This document shows positions 29,439 through 39,509 of a stretch of 64,000 nt of DNA, in pieces. Source of the stretch: a virus (taxonomy: Duplodnaviria > Caudoviricetes); the IMG/VR virus record IMGVR_UViG_3300042507_004106; one strand, 5' to 3'. Both the position numbers and the translations under genes were made by a program. The notes beneath the pieces were generated by a model that saw only the letters and a list, made by a program, of their open reading frames with translations, did no database searches and had not been told where the DNA came from. Positions within the stretch are counted from its first letter, which is position 1. Each line of letters opens with the position of its first letter.

Positions 29439-29891
29439 TTAATAGGATCCTCCATCTATAACACTTGCCCAAGAGGGAATTCCTGAGCTATTGGTTGAAA
29501 GTATATAGTTTGTTTCCGATATTGCTGAAAAAGTTGATGCAGTAGAAACGAGTTGATCATTGGCATCAAAATAAGCGATTCCATATGGTTCGCCCGCTGG
29601 ATAATAAAATGATTGTCCAACAGTAAGAATACCTGTTACATTGGCGTTTCTAGCAGTAAATTCATCAAATCTTAAATCATCGCTGATATATAAATCGCCA
29701 TCAATATATACATCATTTTTAAAGGTTGCAACTCCAACAAATGTCGATATCCCACTCACATTTAATTGAGTGACGGATGCTATACCACCAATAACATTAA
29801 ATGATGTTGCAGATGAATCTGACGATCCTCCAAGACTCGAAACTACTTTAATTGTATTTTGTTGTCCAACTCTAACTTTGATATCGGACAT
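29439..29891 (-). CDS. Hypothetical virion protein with fibre-like motifs
   Basis: 150 aa; LNVSGISTFVGVATF motif; C-terminal IDGGSY. Confidence 0.65.
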   Translation of the reverse strand: MSDIKVRVGQQNTIKVVSSLGGSSDSSATSFNVIGGIASVTQLNVSGISTFVGVATFKNDVYIDGDLYISDDLRFDEFTARNANVTGILTVGQSFYYPAGEPYGIAYFDANDQLVSTASTFSAISETNYILSTNSSGIPSWASVIDGGSY

Positions 29892-30232
29892 TATCGAGTA
29901 ACTCCTTCTCTTACAAGAACCATTCCTTCAATTACTCTTGTTTTTACCCCAGATTTGGTAATCACAACATCATAAACGTATCTTCCAGGTTTTAAACTTT
30001 CAGTTTGGCTGGAAGTTAGAGAAATGGTTATTTTACCCAAAGATGCTGGAGAAGAAATTAATGTTGTAAAAGTAGTTGCCGTCGAACTTCCAGCATATTT
30101 TCTCATTTGAGCAGAAACTGTATAGTCAGATAAATCAAGAGAGGAGTTTGAATCACTTTCTTCCAAATCGAATGTTTGATTAAAGTCTGCTCCAGAGTTA
30201 ACTACAATATTACTGACATATACTGCCGCCAT
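29891..30232 (-). CDS. Hypothetical Ig-like adaptor (fibre/baseplate-associated)
   Basis: 113 aa; GADFNQTF...AQMRKY...GKITISLT...GRYVYDVVI...RVIEG. Confidence 0.65.
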   Translation of the reverse strand: MAAVYVSNIVVNSGADFNQTFDLEESDSNSSLDLSDYTVSAQMRKYAGSSTATTFTTLISSPASLGKITISLTSSQTESLKPGRYVYDVVITKSGVKTRVIEGMVLVREGVTR

Positions 30233-30258
30233 TTATCTTTTTAAGCTCTACTTTTTAT

Positions 30259-30435
30259 TTATATCTCGATAGAACCTATAGATTTAATAACCTCTTGTTG
30301 CTTTAAGTATAGTTTGCAATACATCTTTGAAAACTTTTTCAATTCTTCATGACTAAGTTCATCAATCATTCTTGAATACTTTTCAAATTCAAACATTTTA
30401 TCTATACATTCAAGTTCAATATCATTTAGATCCAT
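30259..30435 (-). CDS. Small hypothetical protein
   Basis: Probable start MDLNDIELECIDKMFEFEKYSR. Confidence 0.65.
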   Translation of the reverse strand: MDLNDIELECIDKMFEFEKYSRMIDELSHEELKKFSKMYCKLYLKQQEVIKSIGSIEI

Positions 30436-30625
30436 TAATAATCTCCTTAAGTAATGATTTAATCTCATCAATATCTTTTTTCATTTGATCAAGCTCTCTT
30501 TTCTGAGAATCTCTATTGTTTAAACTATTTACGTACTGGGTGTATGAATAATTATCACAATTAATTATAGCACCCGAGATCTCATCGCGGTATAAGTTCG
30601 GGTGCCCTTTTACTGGTATCATCAT
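30422..30625 (-). CDS. Small hypothetical protein with C-terminal coiled coil
   Basis: MMIPVKGHPNLYRDEISGAIIN...LDQMKKDIDEIKSLL; coupled to the upstream giant gene. Confidence 0.7.
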   Translation of the reverse strand: MMIPVKGHPNLYRDEISGAIINCDNYSYTQYVNSLNNRDSQKRELDQMKKDIDEIKSLLKEIINGSK

Positions 30626-33600
30626 CTAATTGCAATACTCCTTAAATCTTTGAATCTTGGTGCATACGCTTGATTAGTTCCAGACATTACAATCTTAATT
30701 GTATATCCAGTGAACTCCCCAAGATTGTTAGCAGTAAAATCATATTCTAGGAACTGATTTTCCAAACTTGATGGTACAAATGTATCTGGTAATCCGCTGT
30801 TATTTGCGGGATTAATTACATCTGGATATCCATCTTGGTTAGCATCAATAGTTAGATTATTATATCCAGGGAACAATTCAAATGATTGTTCAACTTCACT
30901 AGAATCTGGTCTAATCAAACTGTATAGGACTCTAAAGTCCGCTGATGCGTGTCTGTATGCACCTATAATTACTTTCAGTGATGTTGCTGGTTGAGATAGT
31001 CTTACTGTATTTGAAACGTATACAGCAGCATGTGGATCGTCTAAGAAAGAGTTAACTCTATTATCCACAATGTAATTAGAGACTGGACTATTCAATCTGC
31101 TGCTAAGAAGTTGTGCAAAACAATTCTTCCAGAAGATCATTGGTGAAAGATTATTATCAGATGTTGATAGATTTATCTTCGCAGTAAATGATTTGTTTCT
31201 CAGTAATCCACCAAGATAAGTCTGCTCATTAACATTTGAGCAAATAATTCTTGTAGAAGAAAGTTTGTTTTCAACTCCAATTTCAACATCTTCGTATCCT
31301 TGATCTTGGAATGAAATTTCAGAACCATCCACACTTGTTCCACTTACAGATCTAATTTGTGCCGAAACTTCAGTTGACGCTCCAGGAACCAATGTTGCTA
31401 TTACGGGAATGATATTATCATATTGAATATTCTCTGTTGCCTGTACTAAACTTCCACCGCCAGAGTATTCTGCACTAAATGATAGTTGTGGTGTAGAATC
31501 TAAACTTGCGTCAGAACTTCTGTCAGTTACATTTGAATCAAAGTTTGATCTATCAAATTCAATGTAGTAACTATCAATATCATTACCAACGTCACTGATA
31601 TCATGAGTTTTATTAATTCTCCTCAGAGAAACTCCACTTACTTCATACTTGTAAACTGTAGAACCTGATGGATGATCCAGGATCAGAGTGGAATCAACTC
31701 CTCTTGTGATAGTTAAGAGCTGTCCTACACCAATACTTTCATATCTTATGATTTCATTTTCAATCTTAATATAACCTGGATTGGTAGCACTAACTATTAC
31801 TCCCTCAAATGTTGTGAAGTTTGATGTTGAAGCAACACTAACAGAAGTTCCAGTTGATTCAAGTGTTGCCGACAATGTTGTTGGGGCAACGTCTGATTCT
31901 ACATTATAAAGTGTTAGTTTATTGTTAGCTGCGTACATTCCATGATCAAAATGGTTTACTTTCATAAAGTTACCATTATAAATTCCACCTACAGCAGTTG
32001 AAGATAAAATAGAAGTTCCTGCAGCAGATATTGCTGTATTGGAGTTATCATAATAGACCAATGTGGAAACACCGACAGTTGTGAATGATTGACCTTGGAC
32101 GTTGGAAATGTATAAAGTATCTAAACCAGTAATTCCAGTAATTGTTATTCTTGCATTATTTCCAGATGCTGGCGAAACATCAGATGTTGTAATTCCAACA
32201 ACATCACCAACTGAATACCCATTACCACGAGCAGTAGTAGGAGTTACTGCAGTAATAACTCCGTTTGTTGCAGTTATGTTTAGTCTTAAACCAGACCCAC
32301 TACCTGAGATAGCATAGGTTCCAACATTTGATGTTGTAGTGTAGTTTGATCCTCCAGTTGTAATACCAACAGTAGCTACTGAACTTCCGGTTCCAACAAT
32401 ATAACCATAATTGTATGGTTTAACAACTTCACCAATCTTTCTTCCAGTTGTAAGAATTCCAATCATATTACTATCGGTTGTGGTTGTTATGCCGATAGCA
32501 AATCTCTTAGGTAGAGTTGTGATTGGATTATTTTGAAGAGTAGGAACATATCCATTACTCTCATTAAGAGTTGGGTTGTGGAACAGCACACTTCCAGATG
32601 TTGCTACGAAGTCAGCTTTATAAAGTTTGAACTTAAGATCCTGATATTGATTTGCTGTCCAAATGGATCCGTTTTGTGACTTGAACAGACTTCCGATAGC
32701 GAACTGTCTGGTATAACGTACACTTTCTGCATCTGGTAATGTCGCAGTATTTACTGTTCTTTCACCCATTTCAGCAATCCAAACTTCGTATTGATCGGAT
32801 TGTGGTGCTAGAAGAACAATTGCATATTCTAAACCAGGGGACAGGTAGATTGGATAATCAAATGTAACTTTTGTTGCTACAGTCGCATCGCTAGAAGTTT
32901 CAATTTGCTCTGGCTTAAGGGTAACGGGATTTCCAATAACCGTTCTAGTTGGAGTGCCCAATTCAACTGTCCTAACCTCAACAGTTAGTGGGGAATTATT
33001 TTGGTCCTTATTAGCAAAATAGATATCTACAGCAGTCAAGTATGCACCATTTGAATCATCATTTGGAGAATTTCCATTTGTATCTTCTATGCTACCACCC
33101 ACTGAGAATGATTGTGCTAGAGGATCAATAAAAGTTCTAGTAGTTATTAGCTGTCTAGTAATATTTGTTATTGTATCAGTTGTTGTAATTATTCTTTGTC
33201 TACTTTCCCAGATTCCCTCTGCTCTATAAACTGTTTCTGCGGACGAAATTAAGTTACTACCAGGTAGGGGAATTTGGTTAGTTGAACTTGATGTTAACTT
33301 ATAAACCTTTGATCCAGTTGCAATTCTTACTGGTGGTGTTGGATTTGTATTGGGATCTCTTAAGAAAAATGCCCCCTGAAGATCGCCATAATTATCAGAA
33401 ATTAATCTGATATCCTTTACATATGCAACTGCGCCACTTGTCTGACCAACTAGTTTCATACCTGTGGTGATATATCCAGAGTATAGCCCTTGTGCTTCTT
33501 GGCACAGAGAATCAATATCAACATTCAAAATTTTCGATGTTGCACTATACGTCGATGGGATATTTTCACTCTTAACATATGGGTTGATATTATATGTGGT

Positions 33601-36600
33601 TGATGGGGAGCTAAATGGACCTTGCTTGTGATTAGGTGCAGCAACTCTAAACTGGATAAGAGGACTATATAAACCTGATGCAGATGAAATCCAACCAGTA
33701 ACTGTTTCACCTACAGAGAATGCTTTTGAAGCACCATAGTTCTGTAAAGATGAATTAGTAGCAATTTCGATTAATTTTGGAACAAAATCAACTTGACTAT
33801 TTCCATCTAAGAATTGATATACTCTTGTAAGTGGTTTCAGATTAACCGCATCAAATGCGGTATTACGAGATCTCATAAAGAGTTCTGTGCCACTAGATAC
33901 AAGTATATCTTCAATATTGGTACTAGATTCTATATTAGTAGTAGTTTCAGTATCAATAGTAGTTCCAGCTCTGCCTCTGCGAGGACCCCTAACTCTTCTT
34001 CTTCGACGTTCAACAGAACTTAACCACAGCAAATTAGTTTGGTTAATAGTTACATCACCAAGTCTAATTGTTCTTACCCAACTATCACTTGATGGATTGA
34101 GTTTAACTGTTCCACTATAAGAAACGACATGGAATGGGTTTACATTCTCCACCCTTGTTGCTAATGGTTGCTCAATCCAACCAATAGAATTATACTTTAA
34201 CGTAATCACATCGTTTGTTTTTTGAACATTAGGATCGTAAAGTGTAAAGTTAGTACTTAAGTCCAATGTTTCATTAGTAAATGCTTCTGCAGATACTGGA
34301 AGAAGATTGATACTATTTCTACTAATTTGAGGTATTAGTTCCGAATTAACACTATCAACCTCTATAGAAGACGCTGCAACATTTATCAGGTCACTATTCT
34401 TAAAGTCATCGACAAAAAATCCCGTTTTGAATCTATTAAATCCTTGAGCATCTTGAATTTGTAGAGTTTGAGTGTTTAATTCAAGAAGAGACAATGAAGT
34501 AACTCTTTCAAGATTTTCTACCCTATTCTCAATTAACCCAATATCTCGCATTGTGTATCTTCTATTATCCACAAGAGAAACAGAAGCATCCTTTGGATTG
34601 TATAGGTATGGTGGAAGAGCAATAGTGGCAATTTCCATCACATCATCCGATTTTGATGGTGCTTTTGGATCTATAGATGGAGTTCCCTGAAGAACTATAA
34701 AATTGCCCAGTTTATCCAGATACAATTTATCAATTCTTCCTAAGTAGAAACTATAACCAACTAGAGCACCTTCATTTGGTGAAAGAATTAATTTTGGATC
34801 TGTTCCAAAAGATCTTGATGCAAAATCAAATGGGGAGGAAGTTGCTGAAGTGAAAGGAGATACTCTTGGTCTGAAATCTAAAGTATCAGAAGCTCTTAGG
34901 TTATTTGCCCCAATAGTTGGAATATCAGATCCATATCTTGCGGCATCATAACTATTAACTGTAAATACATCCCCTGTATCTCCAGTTGGTACTTCATAAT
35001 AATCAAAAACTACCAACATTTTCTTTGTTGGGGCAGACTCTCCTGCGTTTCTTATAAGTTTCGAATAGTCGTAATATTGTTCTTTTTGACCCTTATCCAG
35101 GGTAAATTTACTGGTAATATTTTTATAACTACCTGCAGTTATTGATTGTAACTGAGTATTGATATTAGACTCTTCAAATTTAATATTTTCTCCTTCAACA
35201 AATCTATTAGTATTCAGATATACGATACCCAAAGTATTTGCTGAAGGCTTAGATACAATTCTAGCAATTGCCTTACTAGATTCTCCCGTTATATTTTCAC
35301 CAATAATTGCATTTGTATCAACATTAGAAATAGAACTAAACGTAACAGTATCTAAAGTTGGGGTAGATGTGTTTAATGACTCATAAACTGCTATGACTTT
35401 AACAACGTCTGGATAATTTAAAGAGATCTCCTCATCCTGAACTCGCAATCCATAGAATTGATTATAATCCAATCCATCATTAATCGATGTGCTGATTCCA
35501 GTTCCGGATTCTGGATACTTAGAATACACTACATTGATAGTTTTACTTCTAGTGAATTGCTTTAACTTACTTTGAACGCCGTTTTTAATAAATGTTGCAT
35601 TAATAGCAGCAATATCTTTATTTTCAATATTTGAAAATGTTACCTGATTATTTGATAGAGTTACTTTATCTGGGGTTAAGCTTTCGGTAGTTCCATCAGA
35701 GTAGTGAATGGAATATCTTTCCTCATCAAATGGTTGGAATCTAGCAATCGATGAAGTTATTCCCAAATCAAAGTTACCTGTATCAACAGTAAGAGTATTC
35801 GATGAAGGAGTCAATACAGAATTAGATTGTGCAGTAAATGTTAATAATGAATCACTTAAATTTGTAGAAGAAATATTCGAGTTTGGTAATTGGGCATAGA
35901 GATATCCTTTATCTTCATTTCTAATCTTTGGTGCACCAATTGAAAAAGTAGTGGTTGTTTGTGAAATTGGAAGCCCACCATCACATATTCCAGATACCGA
36001 ACTTATACCAACAAGAGTCATTCTTGTTCCATCGGCAGATACTGACTGAACTCTGTTATAAGTTTCAGTATTAAATCCTACTCTTTGATACCTGATAATT
36101 GCATCTGAAGAAATTCCAGAGAAAATCTTACCTGCTGCAGAAACAGAACCATTGGACTCAATAGTAATTGTATCTGTCGGAGAAAATCCAAAAGCTGGTG
36201 CTTTATCAAGTTGAGTATCTGCTACGAATGCAGTTGAGAAACCAGAAACAGAAGTTGACTGGAAAACCGATTTAATATCGCTTGATGAATATGTTTTTAT
36301 TGATTTGATAGATCTTGGATATAGTTCTAACCCATTGATTAAAATTTGCTCGCCAACAATAAAACTACCAGAAGTTTGTCTAATAGAAATGGTATCTGAT
36401 CCAGACCCAGCAGCAGTTGCATATCCACTAGCACCGCTACTCTTACCTTTAATAATAGAAGTTGCTGGAAGTTGTACTGCAGAAACACCTTGATTTAATA
36501 CTAACTGTGTATACGTCTGAATATCATACAGATACAAATCCCAATTTGTAGAACTTCCGCTATATGCAGCATCAGTTAAATTGCAAGAATATACTCTTGC

Positions 36601-37914
36601 ATCTCCAATTTTTACTCCAGTTCCAGATATTGTAGATTGCTTTCTATTGTTATAAAGTTCAACAGATTCCTTTAATTTTGGTGCACCAGTGATATTGTTA
36701 ATTATAACCAAATTACCCATTTCAAATGGAATGTTCACATCAGAAATAGTTTGAGTAGTTCTTGGTTTAGGAACGTCTACAACTTCTATTCCTGTCTTTT
36801 CAATATCATATCCTCTAACATATGCCTTTCCGGGAGAAAACTTAATACACATTAAGTCATCTGATGGAGTATTTCCTTGTTCTGTCTTTTCATCACTGAA
36901 ATATACACCATCATTACCAAGTCTATTATTCAGAGAATTATTTAAAGAAAATTCAAAAGGATCAACTACATAGTCTCCAGATTCATCATAAGTTCTCTGT
37001 GCAAGATAATCTCTTATAACCGAATATTGGGACTTAGTTTCAATCTTCTTTATATTTCCATCTTGAACTCTTAAAAGTTCTATAAAGTTTGTATCAGATG
37101 CAATATCAGTTAAAAGTTTCTTTTGTAGTACTAGAGATATTTTAAATCTATCTGCTCCAGGTGCAGCATAATTTGTAAATCCCTTAGCGTTATCATACAG
37201 GGATGGATCATCTTTTGCAGTAATGATCTCTTCATTAACTATTAATCCAACTCTATAAGATGGAGTATTGGCATAATAATCCAATACAATTGTCTGTTTA
37301 GGAACTCTTACAAAAGTTCCCCTAACAAAATAGATACCTTCACCAATAGATGCGGCAGATCCAGTTGCCGTTGCACCATTTGTAATTGTTGTTGCGAAGG
37401 TGGTTCCTGCAGTTATAACGTTTCCGTTATATTCTACGTTTTCGGATGCGGTTAAAGACTCACCATTTTGAAATTGGCTAAAAGTAAAATCGTTATTAGA
37501 ATCTTGATATTTTACATACAGCGTAGTATATTCTACTTCTGAATTAGGAAGTTGGACTAATTGTATTGTAGCAGTTACGCCAGAAATACTTCCCGTAATT
37601 TTTTTACCTACAAAATTATTAATATAGTCTGAAATATTAACACCAAATGCCGTTGGATTCAATTTAACAGCATAAAACTGCCCATCGTAAACTATATTTC
37701 CAGGGATCACCATTGACCCCTCTTTAAAGATATGACTTCCGAAAGATTCTATTTGATCCTGGAGTATTGATTGTAAAGTGTTTAATTCCCTTACCTGTAC
37801 AGGTCTTCCAGGATTAAACAAAACTTTATAATAATTCTTGTCTTTAGCACCAATATTGGGCTCATTAAAATCATCATAATAAGGACTTACATTAAGATTA
37901 GTTTTTTGAGCCAT
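30622..37914 (-). CDS. Large virion structural protein (DUF4815 / VrlC-like)
   Basis: 2430 aa; NLNVSPYYDDF...YKVLFNPG..VQ.RELNTLQS N-terminus; RFKTGFFVDDF; GSLFKSQNG; follows gp8. Confidence 0.85.
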   Translation of the reverse strand: MAQKTNLNVSPYYDDFNEPNIGAKDKNYYKVLFNPGRPVQVRELNTLQSILQDQIESFGSHIFKEGSMVIPGNIVYDGQFYAVKLNPTAFGVNISDYINNFVGKKITGSISGVTATIQLVQLPNSEVEYTTLYVKYQDSNNDFTFSQFQNGESLTASENVEYNGNVITAGTTFATTITNGATATGSAASIGEGIYFVRGTFVRVPKQTIVLDYYANTPSYRVGLIVNEEIITAKDDPSLYDNAKGFTNYAAPGADRFKISLVLQKKLLTDIASDTNFIELLRVQDGNIKKIETKSQYSVIRDYLAQRTYDESGDYVVDPFEFSLNNSLNNRLGNDGVYFSDEKTEQGNTPSDDLMCIKFSPGKAYVRGYDIEKTGIEVVDVPKPRTTQTISDVNIPFEMGNLVIINNITGAPKLKESVELYNNRKQSTISGTGVKIGDARVYSCNLTDAAYSGSSTNWDLYLYDIQTYTQLVLNQGVSAVQLPATSIIKGKSSGASGYATAAGSGSDTISIRQTSGSFIVGEQILINGLELYPRSIKSIKTYSSSDIKSVFQSTSVSGFSTAFVADTQLDKAPAFGFSPTDTITIESNGSVSAAGKIFSGISSDAIIRYQRVGFNTETYNRVQSVSADGTRMTLVGISSVSGICDGGLPISQTTTTFSIGAPKIRNEDKGYLYAQLPNSNISSTNLSDSLLTFTAQSNSVLTPSSNTLTVDTGNFDLGITSSIARFQPFDEERYSIHYSDGTTESLTPDKVTLSNNQVTFSNIENKDIAAINATFIKNGVQSKLKQFTRSKTINVVYSKYPESGTGISTSINDGLDYNQFYGLRVQDEEISLNYPDVVKVIAVYESLNTSTPTLDTVTFSSISNVDTNAIIGENITGESSKAIARIVSKPSANTLGIVYLNTNRFVEGENIKFEESNINTQLQSITAGSYKNITSKFTLDKGQKEQYYDYSKLIRNAGESAPTKKMLVVFDYYEVPTGDTGDVFTVNSYDAARYGSDIPTIGANNLRASDTLDFRPRVSPFTSATSSPFDFASRSFGTDPKLILSPNEGALVGYSFYLGRIDKLYLDKLGNFIVLQGTPSIDPKAPSKSDDVMEIATIALPPYLYNPKDASVSLVDNRRYTMRDIGLIENRVENLERVTSLSLLELNTQTLQIQDAQGFNRFKTGFFVDDFKNSDLINVAASSIEVDSVNSELIPQISRNSINLLPVSAEAFTNETLDLSTNFTLYDPNVQKTNDVITLKYNSIGWIEQPLATRVENVNPFHVVSYSGTVKLNPSSDSWVRTIRLGDVTINQTNLLWLSSVERRRRRVRGPRRGRAGTTIDTETTTNIESSTNIEDILVSSGTELFMRSRNTAFDAVNLKPLTRVYQFLDGNSQVDFVPKLIEIATNSSLQNYGASKAFSVGETVTGWISSASGLYSPLIQFRVAAPNHKQGPFSSPSTTYNINPYVKSENIPSTYSATSKILNVDIDSLCQEAQGLYSGYITTGMKLVGQTSGAVAYVKDIRLISDNYGDLQGAFFLRDPNTNPTPPVRIATGSKVYKLTSSSTNQIPLPGSNLISSAETVYRAEGIWESRQRIITTTDTITNITRQLITTRTFIDPLAQSFSVGGSIEDTNGNSPNDDSNGAYLTAVDIYFANKDQNNSPLTVEVRTVELGTPTRTVIGNPVTLKPEQIETSSDATVATKVTFDYPIYLSPGLEYAIVLLAPQSDQYEVWIAEMGERTVNTATLPDAESVRYTRQFAIGSLFKSQNGSIWTANQYQDLKFKLYKADFVATSGSVLFHNPTLNESNGYVPTLQNNPITTLPKRFAIGITTTTDSNMIGILTTGRKIGEVVKPYNYGYIVGTGSSVATVGITTGGSNYTTTSNVGTYAISGSGSGLRLNITATNGVITAVTPTTARGNGYSVGDVVGITTSDVSPASGNNARITITGITGLDTLYISNVQGQSFTTVGVSTLVYYDNSNTAISAAGTSILSSTAVGGIYNGNFMKVNHFDHGMYAANNKLTLYNVESDVAPTTLSATLESTGTSVSVASTSNFTTFEGVIVSATNPGYIKIENEIIRYESIGVGQLLTITRGVDSTLILDHPSGSTVYKYEVSGVSLRRINKTHDISDVGNDIDSYYIEFDRSNFDSNVTDRSSDASLDSTPQLSFSAEYSGGGSLVQATENIQYDNIIPVIATLVPGASTEVSAQIRSVSGTSVDGSEISFQDQGYEDVEIGVENKLSSTRIICSNVNEQTYLGGLLRNKSFTAKINLSTSDNNLSPMIFWKNCFAQLLSSRLNSPVSNYIVDNRVNSFLDDPHAAVYVSNTVRLSQPATSLKVIIGAYRHASADFRVLYSLIRPDSSEVEQSFELFPGYNNLTIDANQDGYPDVINPANNSGLPDTFVPSSLENQFLEYDFTANNLGEFTGYTIKIVMSGTNQAYAPRFKDLRSIAIR

Positions 37915-37917
37915 TTT

Positions 37918-39477
37918 TTAAAATTCCAGGATAATTTTAACGTCTTCTTTTTGTCTAGAACTTCTTGTTACAGTGGGTCTATTATCAATATAAATTATGT
38001 CCCCTGACTTATTATTTATCTCAGGATTGGAAAGACCGTTTGTAAATTGAACTCCAAGATTTATAATTTTGTTTGAAATTGTTGTGGTAATTCCCGAGAA
38101 AGAACTATCAACAGATGCATTGAACCCACCACCAACTTTAACTATCTGATTTACATTATTAAAATCTAAAACTTTTCCTGTAGTGCTTAGACCAATATAG
38201 TCTGTCTGATCAAAAGTATTTGGGTTGAAATATAGTGAGCGATCTCTATAATATTTTAAAACTTTCGTTTCCGAGTCATATGAAGCAACGTATCCAACTG
38301 CAGTTCCATTAGTTACTGCTTGTTGAATTTTATCTCCTACAGAAATAGTTCCAGTTGGAGTTCCACTTAACCTTAATGCATAAGTTCCAGAAAACTCATT
38401 TGATGTAAAATTAGTCGTGTTTATTCCAGTAGTATCAAAAACTTTTGGATTCTTTAAGATTCCTACCTGAGCAAATTTGCTATCAATTGGAAAATCCTTT
38501 GTCGAATCATCAAATCTAGCATAAATTAAAATTTTATCTGCACCCAGTTCTTTGTAAATATCAAATCCGTGCCCTTTTGAGGGGGGAATAACTGGGATTA
38601 GTTCTGCGTATTGTCCAGGAACTGTCGATGTTCCTAAGTCAACTAAACCATAAGTATAATTTTTTCCACCAGAAGTTACTATAGTATCAGTAATTTTTCC
38701 AGATGAATCAACTTCTACAGTGACTGTAGCGCCTGTTCCATCTCCAATAATATTACATGATTGTCCTGATTGGAGAGAATAACCAGAACCGCCAGATTGA
38801 ATGTAAACCTTCTTTATTTGATTATCATTTAAACTAGAATTTCCATTTTCCCTAACCGCAACAACTTGAGGATCTGTAGAAGTATCCCAATCATTTGGAA
38901 CTGTAATATACTCAATTGAGTCGAATTTTATAATATCACTTGGTGAAATAGTATAAAGATACTTCCAAACATAACCATCTCCACTTTCTCCTGCGGGAGA
39001 TGGTTCTAAATCGGTAAAGGTTGGTTCATCTTGGGATGCATTTCCAGTTGTATTAATTCCAGATGATCCATTATCAATACAAATGTAAACTCTGTAATCT
39101 GAGTTTACAACATAGTAATTAGCATCATACAATCTCATAGACCCAGTTATGGGTGATGGATTTACCACACTATAATCTGGGCGATACATTTCGTATTTTG
39201 TACCTTCAACCCAATCTATTCTTTTTACTACTCTTCTTACGTTTGCACTAGTAATTTTTTTACCAAAAAGAATCGTTGATTCATAATGATTTAGATAATC
39301 AATATTATCAGTTGGATTTGGTGGTGTAGTATTCCAGTTGGAGTTCCTACCAAATCCAGAAGCGGTTGGATTTGATAATCCAACAAAAACATAATATGAA
39401 TTTGAAGAATCCTGAACGGAATCCACAAAACTGGATGCGTTCAGAATTCTAAACTGATCTGTTACAAGTGCAGACAT
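37918..39477 (-). CDS. gp8: Baseplate wedge subunit gp8
   Basis: RVYICIDNG, DGYVWKYLYTISP, SGDIIYIDNRPTVTRS...EDVKIILEF. Confidence 0.92.
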   Translation of the reverse strand: MSALVTDQFRILNASSFVDSVQDSSNSYYVFVGLSNPTASGFGRNSNWNTTPPNPTDNIDYLNHYESTILFGKKITSANVRRVVKRIDWVEGTKYEMYRPDYSVVNPSPITGSMRLYDANYYVVNSDYRVYICIDNGSSGINTTGNASQDEPTFTDLEPSPAGESGDGYVWKYLYTISPSDIIKFDSIEYITVPNDWDTSTDPQVVAVRENGNSSLNDNQIKKVYIQSGGSGYSLQSGQSCNIIGDGTGATVTVEVDSSGKITDTIVTSGGKNYTYGLVDLGTSTVPGQYAELIPVIPPSKGHGFDIYKELGADKILIYARFDDSTKDFPIDSKFAQVGILKNPKVFDTTGINTTNFTSNEFSGTYALRLSGTPTGTISVGDKIQQAVTNGTAVGYVASYDSETKVLKYYRDRSLYFNPNTFDQTDYIGLSTTGKVLDFNNVNQIVKVGGGFNASVDSSFSGITTTISNKIINLGVQFTNGLSNPEINNKSGDIIYIDNRPTVTRSSRQKEDVKIILEF

Positions 39478-39509
39478 TTGAATATAGTTTTTTCTATATT
39501 TATATTAGG